Shown one piece after another: positions 26,062-38,828 of a stretch of 60,000 bases of DNA (the first letter of the stretch is position 1; every line of letters begins with the position of its first letter). Where the stretch lies: contig CM052816.1 in NCBI GenBank assembly GCA_028534125.1, positions 19,284,001 to 19,344,000 of the forward strand. Direction: 5' to 3'. The notes under the pieces were generated by a model. That model saw only the letters and a list, made by a program, of their open reading frames with translations. It had not been told where the DNA came from and ran no database searches. A program made the position numbers and the translations under genes. This DNA comes from Lama glama (taxonomy: Eukaryota).

Positions 26062-27510
26062 TATTGCGGTACCAGAAGTGGGGAGGGGGTGTCTCTGACA
26101 AACATCTAAAAGAGTGGAAGTCACTTTGGAATTGAGCAGCTGCAGAGACTGGATGAATTTTCAGGAGCATGACAGAAAGCCTAGCTGGCCATGAACAGGC
26201 TATTAGTATAAATAAATATGTTAATAGCTCTACTAGTAAGGACTCAGAAGGGGTGAGGAACATGGTAGGGAAAACCTCAATCACCTTAGAGAATACTTAG
26301 ATTGTTGTGAACAGACTGAGTAGAAAGATGGATATTGAAGGTGTTGCCAGTGAGGGCTCAGAAGGAAATGAGTAAATGTTAGTGGAAACTGGAAGAAAGA
26401 GGATCCTTGTTACAGAGTGGCAGGAAACCTAGTGGAATTGTGCCCTACAGTTACGGGGAAAGCAGAACTTGCGAGTGGTAAACTTGGATATTTAGCTGAG
26501 GAGAAGTCCAAGAAAACTGTCAAAGGTGTGGCCAGGTTTGCTCTTGCTGCTTGCGGTGAAATGCAACAGGAAGGTGATAAACTGAAGGAAGAACTGGTAA
26601 ACAAGAAGTAACCAGGACTTGATTTGGGAAATTCACAGCCTATCTAGATTGCAAGACACTGAAATTAAGAGAGTCACTGTCCAGAAAGCATGTTCTACAG
26701 CAAGTTCTGTGGGTGTGGCTGGACAATCTTTTGCTAGTACCTCAGAAAGATCAAAAGGTCAGAGTTTTTAGTCACACAAAAGACTCTTTGAAAAGATCAA
26801 GTAAATGACTCACAGATCCCCTCAGCCATCTCAGCAGAAGCCAAAATAGAGATGAGACTGTTTGGCAAAGACCTGTGGAGGAGGAGACCTACAGAGTTCT
26901 TGAGAATGTTATACCAGCAGAAACACTGCCAGTTTGTACTGAAGGGGAGAGAAAGGGGACAAAATGAAAGAATGCTGTGTGAACTCCAAAACTCTCCACA
27001 TGATAAACAGGCTGATGAAACTCCTCAGATGCAAACACATGCTACCTTTCATGAAAAAGGAAAGATGACTCAGAGGGTGAAGCCTTGAGCCCAGATGGGA
27101 GAGCCACGAATCATAGATGAGGCCTTGAAACCAACTGGAGTTTGCCCAGATGGATTTCAAAATTGCTTGGGACCAGTGACTTTTTCTTTCTTCCCATTTT
27201 CTCCCTTTCTGAAGAGAAATTTCTCTTTTTTGCTTGCTTGTTTTGGGGGGTTTGGGAGGATAATTATTTTATTTATTTTTAATGGAGGTACTGGGGATTG
27301 AACCCAGGGCCTCATGCATGCTAGACATGCACTCTACCACTGAGCTATACCCTTCCCCTTGAACAGAAATTTCTGTAACTCTTACCTATGCCTGTTCCAC
27401 CACTGTGTTTTGGGAGCCTCTAGGAAACCTGTTTATTGGATTTCACAGGTCCATACGTGAAATGGAATTATGCCTCAGGATGGATTACTCCCAGAGCCTC
27501 ACTTATAATT
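26062..27510 (+). mobile_element. MLT1 internal region (no 3' LTR seen)
   Basis: Directly follows the LTR with ggtaccagaagtgggg; includes ggaaactggaagaaagaggatccttgttacagagtggcagg and tttcaaaattgcttgggaccagtgac. Confidence 0.8.
27225..27359 (-). mobile_element. Camelid-type tRNA-derived SINE (vic-1-like)
   Basis: Reverse strand reads ggggaagggtatagctcagtggtagagtgcatgtctagcatgcatgaggccctgggttcaatccccagtacctcc (A and B boxes); TSD tgaagagaaatttct (27210-27224) / tgaacagaaatttct (27360-27374). Confidence 0.9.
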
Positions 27511-27919
27511 GACGTGGTAGGGTATCAAGAAGCTGCCATGGGGAACTATCGATTTCAGGAACACACTTCCATATTGGCAATCCGGGGATATGACAGTGCT
27601 GTCACTGCCACATCTGCCTCTTAACATGCAAAAACCTGGTGACCAGACATTGGAACTCTGACCTGGAAAAGTCAACAGTATCATGGCCATGCTTGCTGCT
27701 ACCAGGCTTGTTACCAAGGCAGCAGGAAGGTAACCTCCACTTCTTTTCTGCCTTCCAAATCTTGTACAGGTGCAATTGCTTACATCCAGACTTTAGGTGT
27801 GAGGGAATCTGAGAAGTATAGTCTGTGCCTTAACATGTGCATAGAAGAAGATACACAAGAAGGAGGTTGGAACAATGCCTAGTGCAGACCCACTTCCCCC
27901 ACCACCGTCAACCGTTCTC

Positions 27920-28088
27920 CTAAGTATTATTTCATGTAATCATCTAGGCAACCCAACAAACAGACACAAGTAGTATTTTCAATTTACAAATGAAGAAATC
28001 CAAGCTCACAGAAGTTAAATGATTCATGTAAGACCATACAACTAGGAACAAACAAGGATAAAATCCAGGACTTTCTGAATTTAAAGCT
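27920..28088 (-). mobile_element. MIR SINE
   Basis: tttacaaatgaagaaatccaagctcacagaagttaaatgattcatgtaagaccatacaactag. Confidence 0.7.
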
Positions 28089-28182
28089 CTTTTTTTTTTT
28101 TGGAGTTTCAATTTATTTTTTATTGAAGTATAGTTGATTTACAATGCTGCATTAGTTTCTGGTATACAGCACAGTGATTCTT
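28089..28182 (-). mobile_element. Short L1 3' end with poly(T)
   Basis: T run, then ttttattgaagtatagttgatttacaatgctgcattagtttctggtatacagcacagtgattc. Confidence 0.8.
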
Positions 28183-28344
28183 AATCATCACATACATGTT
28201 AAGGGTCAACCTGGTCTTTGAGAGATCCAACCTATAAGGTAGGAGCTAACTGAGTTGCATATTCAAAGAAATGGCAAAAAGTTGCACAAAAACAAACTTG
28301 AGTGACCAAGTGAAGGAAGGGGAGGTCATTATAATCATAAATAG

Positions 28345-28620
28345 CCCTTAAGTACATGCTACATACCAGGCACGGCTCTAGGTAGTGGAAATACAGTGGT
28401 GACCAAAACAGCACGGGGTCTGCTCCCGCCTGAATGGATTAACAGTCGGAGGTGAAGAGAGGTGCTAGTCAGACAATCACACAGTGAACTCCTAAGCGCA
28501 GCCACTGTGCGAACTAGGAAGGTGAGGGGCTCTCTGTACCAGTGAAGGATATAATGGGGAACCAGACACATGCTCAAAGTCAGAGGAGGCTGCCTTGGGG
28601 AAATTACAACTATGCCAAGG
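28345..28620 (-). mobile_element. L2 fragment
   Basis: ctacataccaggcacggctctaggtagtggaaatacagtggtgaccaaaacag. Confidence 0.7.
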
Positions 28621-28694
28621 GACTTCTATTCTCATAAGAGGAGCTACTTAATTTGAACTGACTTCTCACAGAGGACACCTTAAAACCCCTGAAT

Positions 28695-28967
28695 GGTAAG
28701 TCATGGGGATGTAACATACAGTGTGGTGACTATGGTTAAAAATACCATGTTGCATATACGAAAGTCCCTAAGGGAGTAGATCTTAAAAGTTCTCATCACA
28801 AGAAAAAAAAAAGTTTTGTAACTATGTATGGTTATGGATATTAACTAGACTTATTAGGGTTATCATCTCACAATACTGACAAATATCAAATCTTATGTTG
28901 TGAACCTAAAACTAATATAATGCTGTGTGTCAATTATAACTCATTTAAAAAGTAATGAAACAAAATT
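28695..28967 (+). mobile_element. 5'-truncated L1 (L1MA9-like 3' end)
   Basis: taagggagtagatcttaaaagttctcatcacaagaaaaaa ... aacctaaaactaatataatgctgtgtgtcaattata; probable TSD aaacccctgaat (28683-28694) / aaagccctgaat (28968-28979). Confidence 0.85.
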
Positions 28968-28999
28968 AAAGCCCTGAATAAAATTTTTTTACTCTTCTC

Positions 29000-29545
29000 A
29001 AAAAGAATCAAAAGCTAACAAGATAGTGAAGAACTATCAGGAGAAAATCTACAAGAAGGCAAGGGCAGAGAAAGACAGGACGGGCATTCAAAAGTATTTT
29101 TGCCCTGAGGTCATTTTCTGATCTAAAAGAAACAGATGCAGAGTTGAGGTATGGCTGTTGTGACCTCCTAGGATGAGAGGTACAAAAGCCAATGTCTAGC
29201 TCCCATCCACAATAGGGTATTTAACTCCCCACATCCAGTGAGCTAAGCCTCTAAAGAGCTTCACTCTCAGACGTTGAACCAGAAATAAACTAGCCCTTTT
29301 GTAGGTCTGCAGCTCATGTTTCAAATAACCTGAGAGTTCAAGGGATCTCAAATTTGAACTAGCTGGTAGTACCTCCAAAGCCTAGCAAAGGCAAATGAAA
29401 ATCTTCTCTGAAAGAAATGTCCCTAAAATGTTTTTTCAAAGTTAATGATCAGCACATAGTCAAAAATATTCAGGCACATAAGGAAATAAGACACCATGAA
29501 TCAGACAACTGAAATAGATTGACAAACACTTCAGATAATAGAATC
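29000..29545 (+). mobile_element. Ancient L1M 5'-region fragment
   Basis: gcaaaggcaaatgaaaatcttctctgaaag, aggcacataaggaaataagacaccatgaa, acttcagataatagaat. Confidence 0.55.
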
Positions 29546-30331
29546 CTTAAAGCGATTATGGCAATAGTGCACCAAAAAAAAAAAAAAACCAAGATGGAAA
29601 ATATCTACAAAGGCAAATGCCCAGAGAACTGAAGGACTGACAGGAGTAAACTAGGTGGACAGGGCAAGAGAGAGGGGATGTGAGAGGAAAGGCATTCCCA
29701 GCAAAAAGGCCAGTGGGCTCCACGCTTAATGCCACCACAAGGTCTCTGCATGTTAGACAATGTGGAAAGAGGCAGAAAACAAGAGGCAGGGGCAGAGTAT
29801 AATGTTAAAGAACCAAGATGAGTGGAGGCTGGACTCTGATAGGGATTTTGGTCTCTGTCCTGAGAACATCTATTCCAAGTTACCATTGAAGGAGCCTTGT
29901 AATGTGTCAAATAGAAAGTGAAATGGGCCGCCTTGGGGTTTGATAGATCCTTCTATTCTCCTGCTCCGCTCTGAAAGGGCCCCATCTCCCTTTGCTGTCT
30001 GGGAGCATACCACAGTCCTGAGAGGCACACTGAGCTGGCACTACTGCCCTCGCTGAGACCATGTAACACTGAGTCCCTGAGATGGGCAGTGGCCTGTCGA
30101 GTAACTTAAGTCTGTTTGGGCTCATTTCATCTGAGAATACAGCACACACACACACAAAAAGTAGGTGGGCTAGTCCCAGTTGGCAAAGTCACCTAGGAGG
30201 TCCCACTGCCTGAGGTGAGCTAAGCCTCAGTGTCCCCATTTGTAGACAGAGCCTCCCAGCATGGTGGCCTTGGGCCGTCTGAGCCCCAGCTAACGTGAGT
30301 CGTGCAGTCTCAGCAGTCAAGGCAGCCTGTG

Positions 30332-30396
30332 TGAGAGAGGGAGGGAGAGAGGGAGGGAGAGAGGGAGGGAGAGAGGGAGGGAGGGAGGGAGGGAGA
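30332..30396 (+). repeat. (GAGAGGGAGGGA)n/(GGGA)n polypurine simple repeat
   Basis: Read directly from the sequence. Confidence 0.95.
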
Positions 30397-33229
30397 AGGA
30401 AATGGGGCAAGAAGTAGTAGAAGGGCTAAGATTTTCATCCTCAAAGCTGAACTGAGCTCAGAAGTGCAGTGTGGCTAAGGTTTCAGGGGAGCACTTGTAA
30501 CCCCACTAAGTGAGCCACATCTTGTGAGAGGACAAACATAGCTCCCCAGCCACTCATGAAGCTCCTCCTTCCTCACGCCAGGTGGGAGGCACCGTGGGTA
30601 TATCACACACCCAGAGCCCAGCCACTCCCATCCATACAGCATCCATCACCTCCAGGCCACCAGACCTCTGTTCCTGCATGCCAAGGAGCCAACAGCCTGC
30701 CCCTCACCCCACAACAGGCTCCCAGAGGCTCACAGACAAGTCGTGACCCCATCAGGGACCAATACCCACCCCTGTGCTCTGAATGTGCCAAGGGAACCCC
30801 CAGGGGGAAGCAGGCAGACCACCGTCAGCCCGGGCACCCCTGGCAGTAGTGGGGCCTTTGAGGGGAAAGTTCATTTCATCAATCAGCCCATTGTTGGCCT
30901 GCCAAGCGCAGGCTCGTCCTCCCCCGGTGTGTCACTGGGCGCTGTTGACACAGATGTCAACTGTCAAGGCTGCCCTCCACCTCCCTCCTGGAGCATCCTG
31001 CAGGCCCGGCACAAGGGCCTCTGTCGCAATGCTCCCCGCTGGCCCCTTGCAAGAACCAAGATTGCCACACCTTCGGAATTGCCAAAACTTGACTGGATAC
31101 TTCATCATGCGGATGGGCCGAGGAGGCTGCAGCTGACACGGACGGGTATGGCAGATACTTGACTGTTTGCCAGATGACAAATCCCAATTGAGTGAAACCT
31201 GCAGACTTCACAGTATCTGAGGCAAAGGCTTCCTCCTGCTCTTCCAACAGAAGAGGCCAGTTGCAGCTGTCTGGGGCCCATTTCCAGCCCAGGAAGAAAA
31301 GGGCCACATCTCCGTAATCTGTGCACACACGGACCAGCCAGCAGGCTGACACCATAGCGCTGGCTAAGCTGTCCTCAACCCTTTCAGACCCACCCCAAAC
31401 CTGTCTCTGGGAAAGACTGGGGAACGAAGGGCACAAAGGGAAACCACTCAGTGGGCCCTGCTGGCCCCCACCCCCAGTCCTGCCCTCACCAGTCCCAGGG
31501 GACCTCAGGATAGAGGACAGCTACCCCAAGATAATCCATGTTTGGAAAAGACCATACAATCGCCAGAGTGTGATGAAGATCCCTGAAATTCCCTTAATGC
31601 TGGGTCCCAAAGAAAGCTGCTAGAACTCAAGGAAAATATATAACCCATGGGATATGTCACTCTGTAGGCTACCATGACCCCACTGAGTTACTTGTCTTGT
31701 TTGTGGTCTCCAAAAACAGCCACAAACCATGGCTAAGGGTATGGGAAAGATATGAGAAAGTAAATAGTTGGGGTCCATTCCTAGTGGGCTGCCCGTCTAG
31801 ATGGGGAAACACACAGAGACTGCAGCACAAGGTAGGGTGTATCCCCAGTGACTGGTCAGCAGGAGTCCTAGGGAAGGGAGGGCACTGTGTGCTGGAGTGG
31901 ACAAGGCAGGCAGGCTTGCCAAGCAAGTCAGGGCTGTTCCAGTTTAGCCAGGTGCAATCTAGGAAGAGTAGTGGCTTAATCAACTGGAACGTGACAACGC
32001 GCATAGTGCTGTGGGAGGACATTCAACCTGAGACAAACCCGTGCAGACCTCCTGGCATAAGCCACCATCACCACTGCTGCTCAGAGACTGAGGTGTGTGG
32101 GGAAAAGGGGCTTCTCCAAGAGCAGTCAGCCAAGTGCAAACTGCTGTCCAAGGCTTGGCTGGCTCCAAGGCCAACGTCCCTGCCACCAGCCAAGGACACT
32201 GCACCGATATGCCCTGGGCTCTTTCTCATGACACGCTCTTCTCCTCAGCCAGTGATCCCTTCCCAAGGCAAGATTTCCTCCCTGGAGCCCAATCCCACAT
32301 TGCTGTAGCAAGAGGTTGGGGAGGCGACAGGGGGCAGGGGCCAAGCAGTGTTCCGCCCTAGCACAGGCCAGGCCAATATAGGGTTTTGGGTCTTCTAATT
32401 TTGAAACATCTGTCAAGTAAATATTTTGAAATCTCACTCAATTTTGAAATTTCCTCAAGATAAAACCAAATCTGATTTGGATAAGTTGGCACTTTGAACA
32501 CTGGCATAGGATGTGCCAACCACTTCCCCCTGTCCTCATTACCTTGGGGGCCAGCTCCCTGAGCCCTACTCTGTGGCCTGTCAGAAGGACGGGCTGGCCC
32601 AGTGCGAGGCTCTACCCTGGGAAAACGCTGCTGGCAGGAGGCAACTAGCCTGGGGTAACAGACAAGGCTGTCAAGCCCCGGAGCCCCCGTGTCTAGCACG
32701 GTGTCCGGCACACAGTCATACCCAGTGAGTAGGTGTTGCTCTTGCCATCCTGACACAGTAATTTTACAAGTCATTCAGTGCCTAGTGCCTCAGTTTACCT
32801 ATCAAATGGAGTCAGCCCATGGTTTCCTCCCTCTGAGAAGGTCTACCAGTTGAACAAACGTGTTGCTAAGGAAAACGTCTGAGCTTCATGGTGCTGAGAG
32901 CCAGTCACCATTCCCGCCCCAGGCAGAGGCAGGATAATGACACAACTCAACACCCTGATTAATCCTCCCCAACTTCAATGAGAGCAGAGTTGGGGGAAAG
33001 AGGCAGGTCTCTACTGTGACTCACCTGCAAACAAGGTCACTACCTACAAGACCAGGGCTGGTCTGACCTGGAGGTGACACTGACAGTTTGAAGGCAGGCC
33101 CTTTCTCCACCCTGAAATCTCTCTTCCAACATCTGTCATGGCTTCAGTTCTCACCATTGGAGTAAATTTCTCTGTATGCTGGAGACTTTTGAAAGCTCAG
33201 GAGTTTCCATTTTGTTGCTGTTACCTTTT

Positions 33230-33430
33230 TTAGTACATGTGCTAGTCATTGCTTTAAACATTCTGCATGGATTAACTAATCCTCATAACAAACCCGTGAG
33301 TATATTCTCATTATGCCCATTTTACAGATGAGGAAAGGAGACTTAGAGAGATTAAGAAACATACCCAAGGTCACAAAAGCTAGCAAGTAGCAGATGCAAG
33401 AATGAACCCAGGCAGCCTGATTTGAGAGCC
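33230..33430 (-). mobile_element. MIR SINE
   Basis: taatcctcataacaaacccgtgag ... cccattttacagatgaggaaag ... cccaaggtcacaaaagctagcaagt. Confidence 0.9.
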
Positions 33431-33917
33431 CATTATCTTCATCCCCACACCTTCACCCAGAGGGGATCGTGCTTAGGAAAGTGGTTTATGAGCAATTTTT
33501 CAAAGAGCCCTAGAGTTGCATGCTGTCACCTGGGGAGCCACCAAAGCAGAGAGAAAGAGCAGAAGGACAAGACACTGATCTCCTCCCCCATTTTAATCAA
33601 TATTATAAAGAGACAGTCTAATTTCATTCATAAAAACGGATCACACCACCAAAAACTGTTCTGAAATTTTCCTCTTCAGCAAATTTCTAGGTTACCCTTT
33701 AGGGGGCTTCATTCCCCTAGAGGTTTCTCATTTGGGGGATGAGAAGAGAAGTTGACAAGTATAATTTGGAAAATTTCAGAATCCAGCTGAGAACCATCTA
33801 CCCCAGGGCCTTGGAAACCCAGACTTCCTTCTTCCCTCCCTAACCCTCTTGGGCCCAGAAAAAAACATCATCACAAGCCCAGAAACATAAATGTCACCAG
33901 GAAATGGATCAGGGTAC

Positions 33918-33998
33918 ACCCATACCACACATACTCACACCCATACATACATACACACACACACACATTTTCTCTGTCTCTCATACACAAACACACAT
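33918..33998 (+). repeat. CA-rich degenerate microsatellite
   Basis: catacatacatacacacacacacaca and flanking CA runs. Confidence 0.8.
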
Positions 33999-36900
33999 TC
34001 TAATTTAGCCTGTCCTCAGCAATGGGACCAGGTAGATGAACCATGAGAGGTCTCTGGCCTCTGGTCAGCCATACCCACACATCATGCAACCTGGGGCTTC
34101 CACCTGGGAGTCAGGAGCTATGTGGCCTGCGACTCTCCACCTGTCCTCTGTGCTGCGGTGCCCATCTGTAAAGGAAGTGTTCACAGCAGGCTGGAGCCAT
34201 CTTGCAGGTCCCAGCCTGCTCCATCTCAGAAGAGGGTTCAGGTATGTGTGCCATCTCCCCACTGAGCAGCGAACTCCTGAAGAGCAGGGGTGAGTCTCTG
34301 ACACCCAGGGTGGGCCATGAGGCCACAAGCACAACATCCCCCAGTAAACGTGTGCAGCGGGGCTACAGACGGCCACCTGCAGCAGCTGACCCAGGGAGCA
34401 CAGGCCACATGGGACTTAGCAGCAAGTGAGCTGGGGCAGGTACTTGAGATCTGCTTTGAATGGCAGCAAAATGACAATGTCAGCAAAATGACCATGTCCT
34501 CAGTCCCTGCTCCCTGTCCATTCTTATGGGCAGCTGCTTCCGCTCCCAAGAGGATCCTCAGCTGAAAATGAGTCTGGATGGACAGAGGGCCAAGACTATG
34601 GTGGGGCCTGAAGCTCTTCTTCCTTACTTGGGAACAGTGGTGACCATGAGGGTGAGGCAGGACTGAGAGCAGTTTAGACAGAAGGAGTAACGACTGCCTC
34701 TCCCTTCCCAGCCACTGCTGGAAGCACAGAGAATCCAGGAGCACCAAGAACAAAACCCCGGGAGACTTTACACTGTTTCCAATGGACCTCATCCCCGTCC
34801 TCTCTCCTGCTCTTCCTATTTCCCCAGGGAGCCTCCAAAAACCACTCAGCCACCAACTCTTAAAGAATAGCCAAGTTCTTCCTTGCTTTCCCACCTCAAA
34901 CCACCCACCCTAGAAAGGGGGCATCCAAACCCAGGAAAGCAGGTGGCATCTGTGGCTGAACAGTGACTGCACAGGGAAAAGGTGTAGCAGTAGTTTGGTC
35001 AATGACCACAACACTGTTCCCAAGATACCACCACCGCCATGTGACCTGTCACTTCCTGGAGGGCTGAGAGTCTCCCTCCCTCCACCTCGGGCGCCCAGTG
35101 ATGAGCGAGAGTGTGATGTGAAGGGTGTTAGTGCAGCTGTGGCAACCCATGATCTGGACCACACACGACCTGGAGCACAGTTTGGTTTGAAATTGAGGAA
35201 TGCTGGTTGGAAGAGCTATACCCCATAGAAGGTGAGCTCTCCTATGCCAATTACTCTCCAGTCTGCCCAGGAGGTAACCTCAATCTTATCTGACAAAAGC
35301 TATTACTGGAGGCAGCTCAGAGGGACTGAGGATCGTGGCTCAGACCCCTTATCTCAAAAGTGAAGCCAGGGCAGCCAGGGGTAAAATGGCCCAAGAGGAT
35401 TGTGACATCGAGCCAAGCTGTCCCCAGAGAGTCAGCTTTGCCCCCATCTCCCCTGACACCTGCAGCGTCCTCAAAGCAACCCCACATTCCCCCTCAGATG
35501 ATGCCCAGGTAAAGATGCTTGGGACACACCCCTCCTGTCCACATGAGGGAGCCCACTGGCTCAGCCTGCTCTGCCTCCCCCTAACAATGGCTCAAACCAG
35601 GCCCCCAGCCCCATCCCCTCAAAGGGCGCCTTTCTCCAACCCTACACTGGCAATTACTCCCAATTACACAATGTGACAAGGTGCTGGGGCCGAAGCACTT
35701 AACTTGGATCCTGCATTATGCAATGTTTTTAATCCTCTTACTTACTTAAGGTGGAAAACCGATATGGTGCGCTGAGTTCACGTGAATGACTGGAAAAATA
35801 ATTCTAAGAAATAAAAACATCTCCATCAATATCACCTTACAGTGTCCCTGAAAGGATTAAAAGGATGCATAGTTTGAATTTTCAAATGCCCTGTGCTGAA
35901 CTCTCTGTGAGCCTTTTCGATGCAAAGATTCCCCAGGGGGAGAGGGACCAAGCGGGGATTCCCTGCACAAGAGAGTGGTTTCCCTGTGGCTTTGTCATCA
36001 GCTACATCAGCTAGAATCCTGGGGCCCTCCAGCCTGTGCCCATGGCCACAGTCACGGCTGCCTGAATGCCCTGCTCCCCTAGAGAACCAGGGTGCAAAGG
36101 CTGGTGCTACCCTATCCATAAAAAGCCACCCAGAGCCAAAGCCCCAACCCTCCCTCATCCCTAAGGCAGGTCCCACCGTACAGGGCTGAGAAACAGCTTC
36201 AACTGCCCTTCTCTCTAGACTGTCCAGCTGTTCCAGACACAACCACAGCACACACAGGCCACAGATAACCCCCATGACAAGGACTGAGATAAAGTGGAGA
36301 GACCCTCATGGCCCCCATCAGATGGTCCCTAGCACACAGTGGGCTCCCCATTTCCTCCACGGTGAACTCTGCTGTTCATCCTTGCCAAGCTGCCACACCA
36401 CACTGAATTTACCAATGGCCACTGGACACTCCAATTGCCATCCAGCAATAGATGGGCAGGTGGGGCAGCAACAGGTCCGGCCCTCCCGGACCCACCTCCC
36501 ACTCCAGGGGCTGGCCTTTGGATGGGCGGTGCAGCCTGACACCAGCAGGTACAATTACAGTGGCTGGGCCCATTAAACTTTGGGAATAAAGAGCTGGCCT
36601 AGTAATTACCCCTAATCCCCTTCGAGCCTTTGTCTGCGAGCAGCACTGCCATCAGCCTAATGGTGTGAGATAAGTGGCCAGACTCCTGGCCCTCCCCAGA
36701 GCTGCCTCGGGCGGGTTTAGGGTGGGGGCACTCAGTCAGCCCAAGCCCACCAGGGTGCCATTCCTAAAAGTCTCCTTTGACAGGACCCTCCACGAAGAGG
36801 CAATCCCCAAGGCCCCCACAGGATGATCAGGTCCCTGGGGCTATAAGATGGCAGCAGCCTGGTAGAGGGGGAGGAGGGGGTACCTTCCAGGTCCTGCGGG

Positions 36901-37257
36901 GAGCTGGTGTTTGGCCAGGACGTTTGGGCAAGGAAGATCCATGCCCCCTGGACCCAACAGCCATTTCCATAACTGTATTCTGGCCATGTTCAAACACAAC
37001 TCCCACACTCTAGGAGCAGTGCACAGGACGTAGACTGGTGGAGAGCAGCTCACCAGCAGAATGTCTGGCTCTCAACCCTGATGCATGAATGACGCGTCTG
37101 CTACCAAGGACTGGGAGGCTTCCACAGGCATTGGCCAGCCCCTCCACTCCACATAACAGCCCTAAGAAGTAGAGGGGACACCTGTGACCCTGGACATATA
37201 GCATGTCCTGCACCCTCTAGATTCCATGGACCCATTCAGCACCTGCATCCTGAGTAG

Positions 37258-37590
37258 CAGGGGTCACAAACTCAGGAGCCCTGGGGCGTATCTTGACAGA
37301 AGACAGTCTTACCTGCACACACTCTCATTTTCCTGAAACACTCTCCTCCCAGTTCTCTCTCATTCTCTCTAGACAGAGACATGGGTCCTCACCCATTTAC
37401 AGAGGGGAGCTCCTGGAGACTCTTGCCACATCCCACATCGTCCTATTTCCCTAAAGAAGTCTGAGATCCAAATTTTTACGTAAACTTCCCCAATTTTTAA
37501 GTATCAGCAACAAATACCAATAATTTAAAACACTGGATGAACCAAATAAACATGTCTGCAGGGCCCCCCTCACCCCATTTGCCAGCTTTG
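37258..37590. mobile_element. MER45-family hAT-Tip100 element
   Basis: caggggtcacaaactc start; aagaagtctgagatccaaatttttacgtaaacttccccaatttttaa ... aaacatgtctgcagg matches recalled MER45. Confidence 0.65.
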
Positions 37591-37624
37591 CTGTCCTGGA
37601 TTTGTTTGTTTTGGGGCACCTCTA

Positions 37625-37830
37625 CCTCACCTCAAACAAAGCTCCTTGAAAGCAAGAACCACATCACATTCTCTGTAGTCCCGGCAGCCAGCACAGGGCC
37701 TGGCATACAATCGGCACTCGTTAAATGTTGGGTAAATGATTGAATGACTTAATGATGAAGAAACTGAGGGCAGAAAGGTTAAGTCACCCATGCAAGGTGA
37801 CCCAGCTGGTGAGGACCAAGCAAAGATGAG
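37625..37830. mobile_element. L2 3' end (+) followed by MIR fragment (-)
   Basis: agcacagggcctggcatacaatcggcactcgttaaatgttgggtaaatgattgaatga; then gatgaagaaactgagggcagaaaggttaagt. Confidence 0.75.
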
Positions 37831-38341
37831 CAGCCGGTCTCAGGCTCTTGGCTAAGTTCCGGCCACAGCTCCATGTTGCTGCCGTCAGTTCCACTCTACG
37901 GCATTCATAAAAATGGCCCTTCTTGGGTTCCATAATATTTTGTTATCCAACCCCAGGTGGAATTTAAATTCCAGCGTTTCAAGTTCAGTTTTGCAAAGTG
38001 TTCCACAGCCATCAACCCAGAAGATCATAGACAGCTGGGCTGCAGACACCCTCCAAGCTTGACAACTGGGGATGCATAGTCCATGAGCTGGTGCAGAGGC
38101 CGCCATGCACGAAGAATGGGCCCACATACGGAGAAAGGAGGCCCCCTCTGAATCTATGAGACCCTCTAGTCCAGTCTTCTTAATTCTATAACCACCAGGA
38201 AAAGTCCATAGATCCTCTGGGTAACAAATCCTGACCTGGAGCTCCCAGAGGCTGAATATTCAGCTACTCAAGGCTGCCAGCCCACGAGGCCAAAGAACAA
38301 GAGCTAAACTTCCAGTTCAACAGAGCAGCTCAAAGATCGCC

Positions 38342-38828
38342 TGTATTAGTTATCTGCGGTGCATAACAACACTACAAAGCTACCAAAAAAGGTGTCCACT
38401 GGGACTGAAATCTCATCTGCAAAGGTTCAAATGGGGACAGACTGAGCTCTTCAAATTTTACGTGGTTGTTGGTATAATTCAGTTCCTTGCAACCTGCTGG
38501 ACTGGGGGTTTCCTGCTGGCTGGTAGCCAGAGGCCACCCTCAGTTCCTAGATGGTTGTTGGCAGGAGACTGCCCTCAGCTCCCTGCTATATGGGCCTCCC
38601 ACGCTGCTTCATCCAAGCCACTTAGGCAGAGAGGCAGAGAGCCTTCTAGCAAGGCTGATGCTACAACCTTAGGTTAAAATACGGCTAGGCCATCCTGTCA
38701 CCTTTGCCATATTCTATTAGTTAGAAGGAAGTCACAGGTCCCAACCACACTCAAAGCAAGAGCTGAACAGGACATGAGTGCCAGGAGGACGGGGTAAACG
38801 GAGCCACCTTATAGTGTCCCCCCGACAC
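38342..38828 (-). mobile_element. MLT1F-like ERVL-MaLR solo LTR
   Basis: tgtattagttatct ... gtggttgttggtataattcagttccttgc ... tcacctttgccatattctattagttagaaggaagtcacaggtcccaaccacactcaa. Confidence 0.85.

Noticed and set aside
30189..30410. ORF with PPSL repeats
   Set aside because: Translation of the GGGA simple repeat
31697..34894. Long ORFs of 203 aa (+) and 218 aa (-)
   Set aside because: Non-ATG starts, random composition, no domain; the 225-aa ORF at 54279-54956 is rejected likewise and overlaps L2
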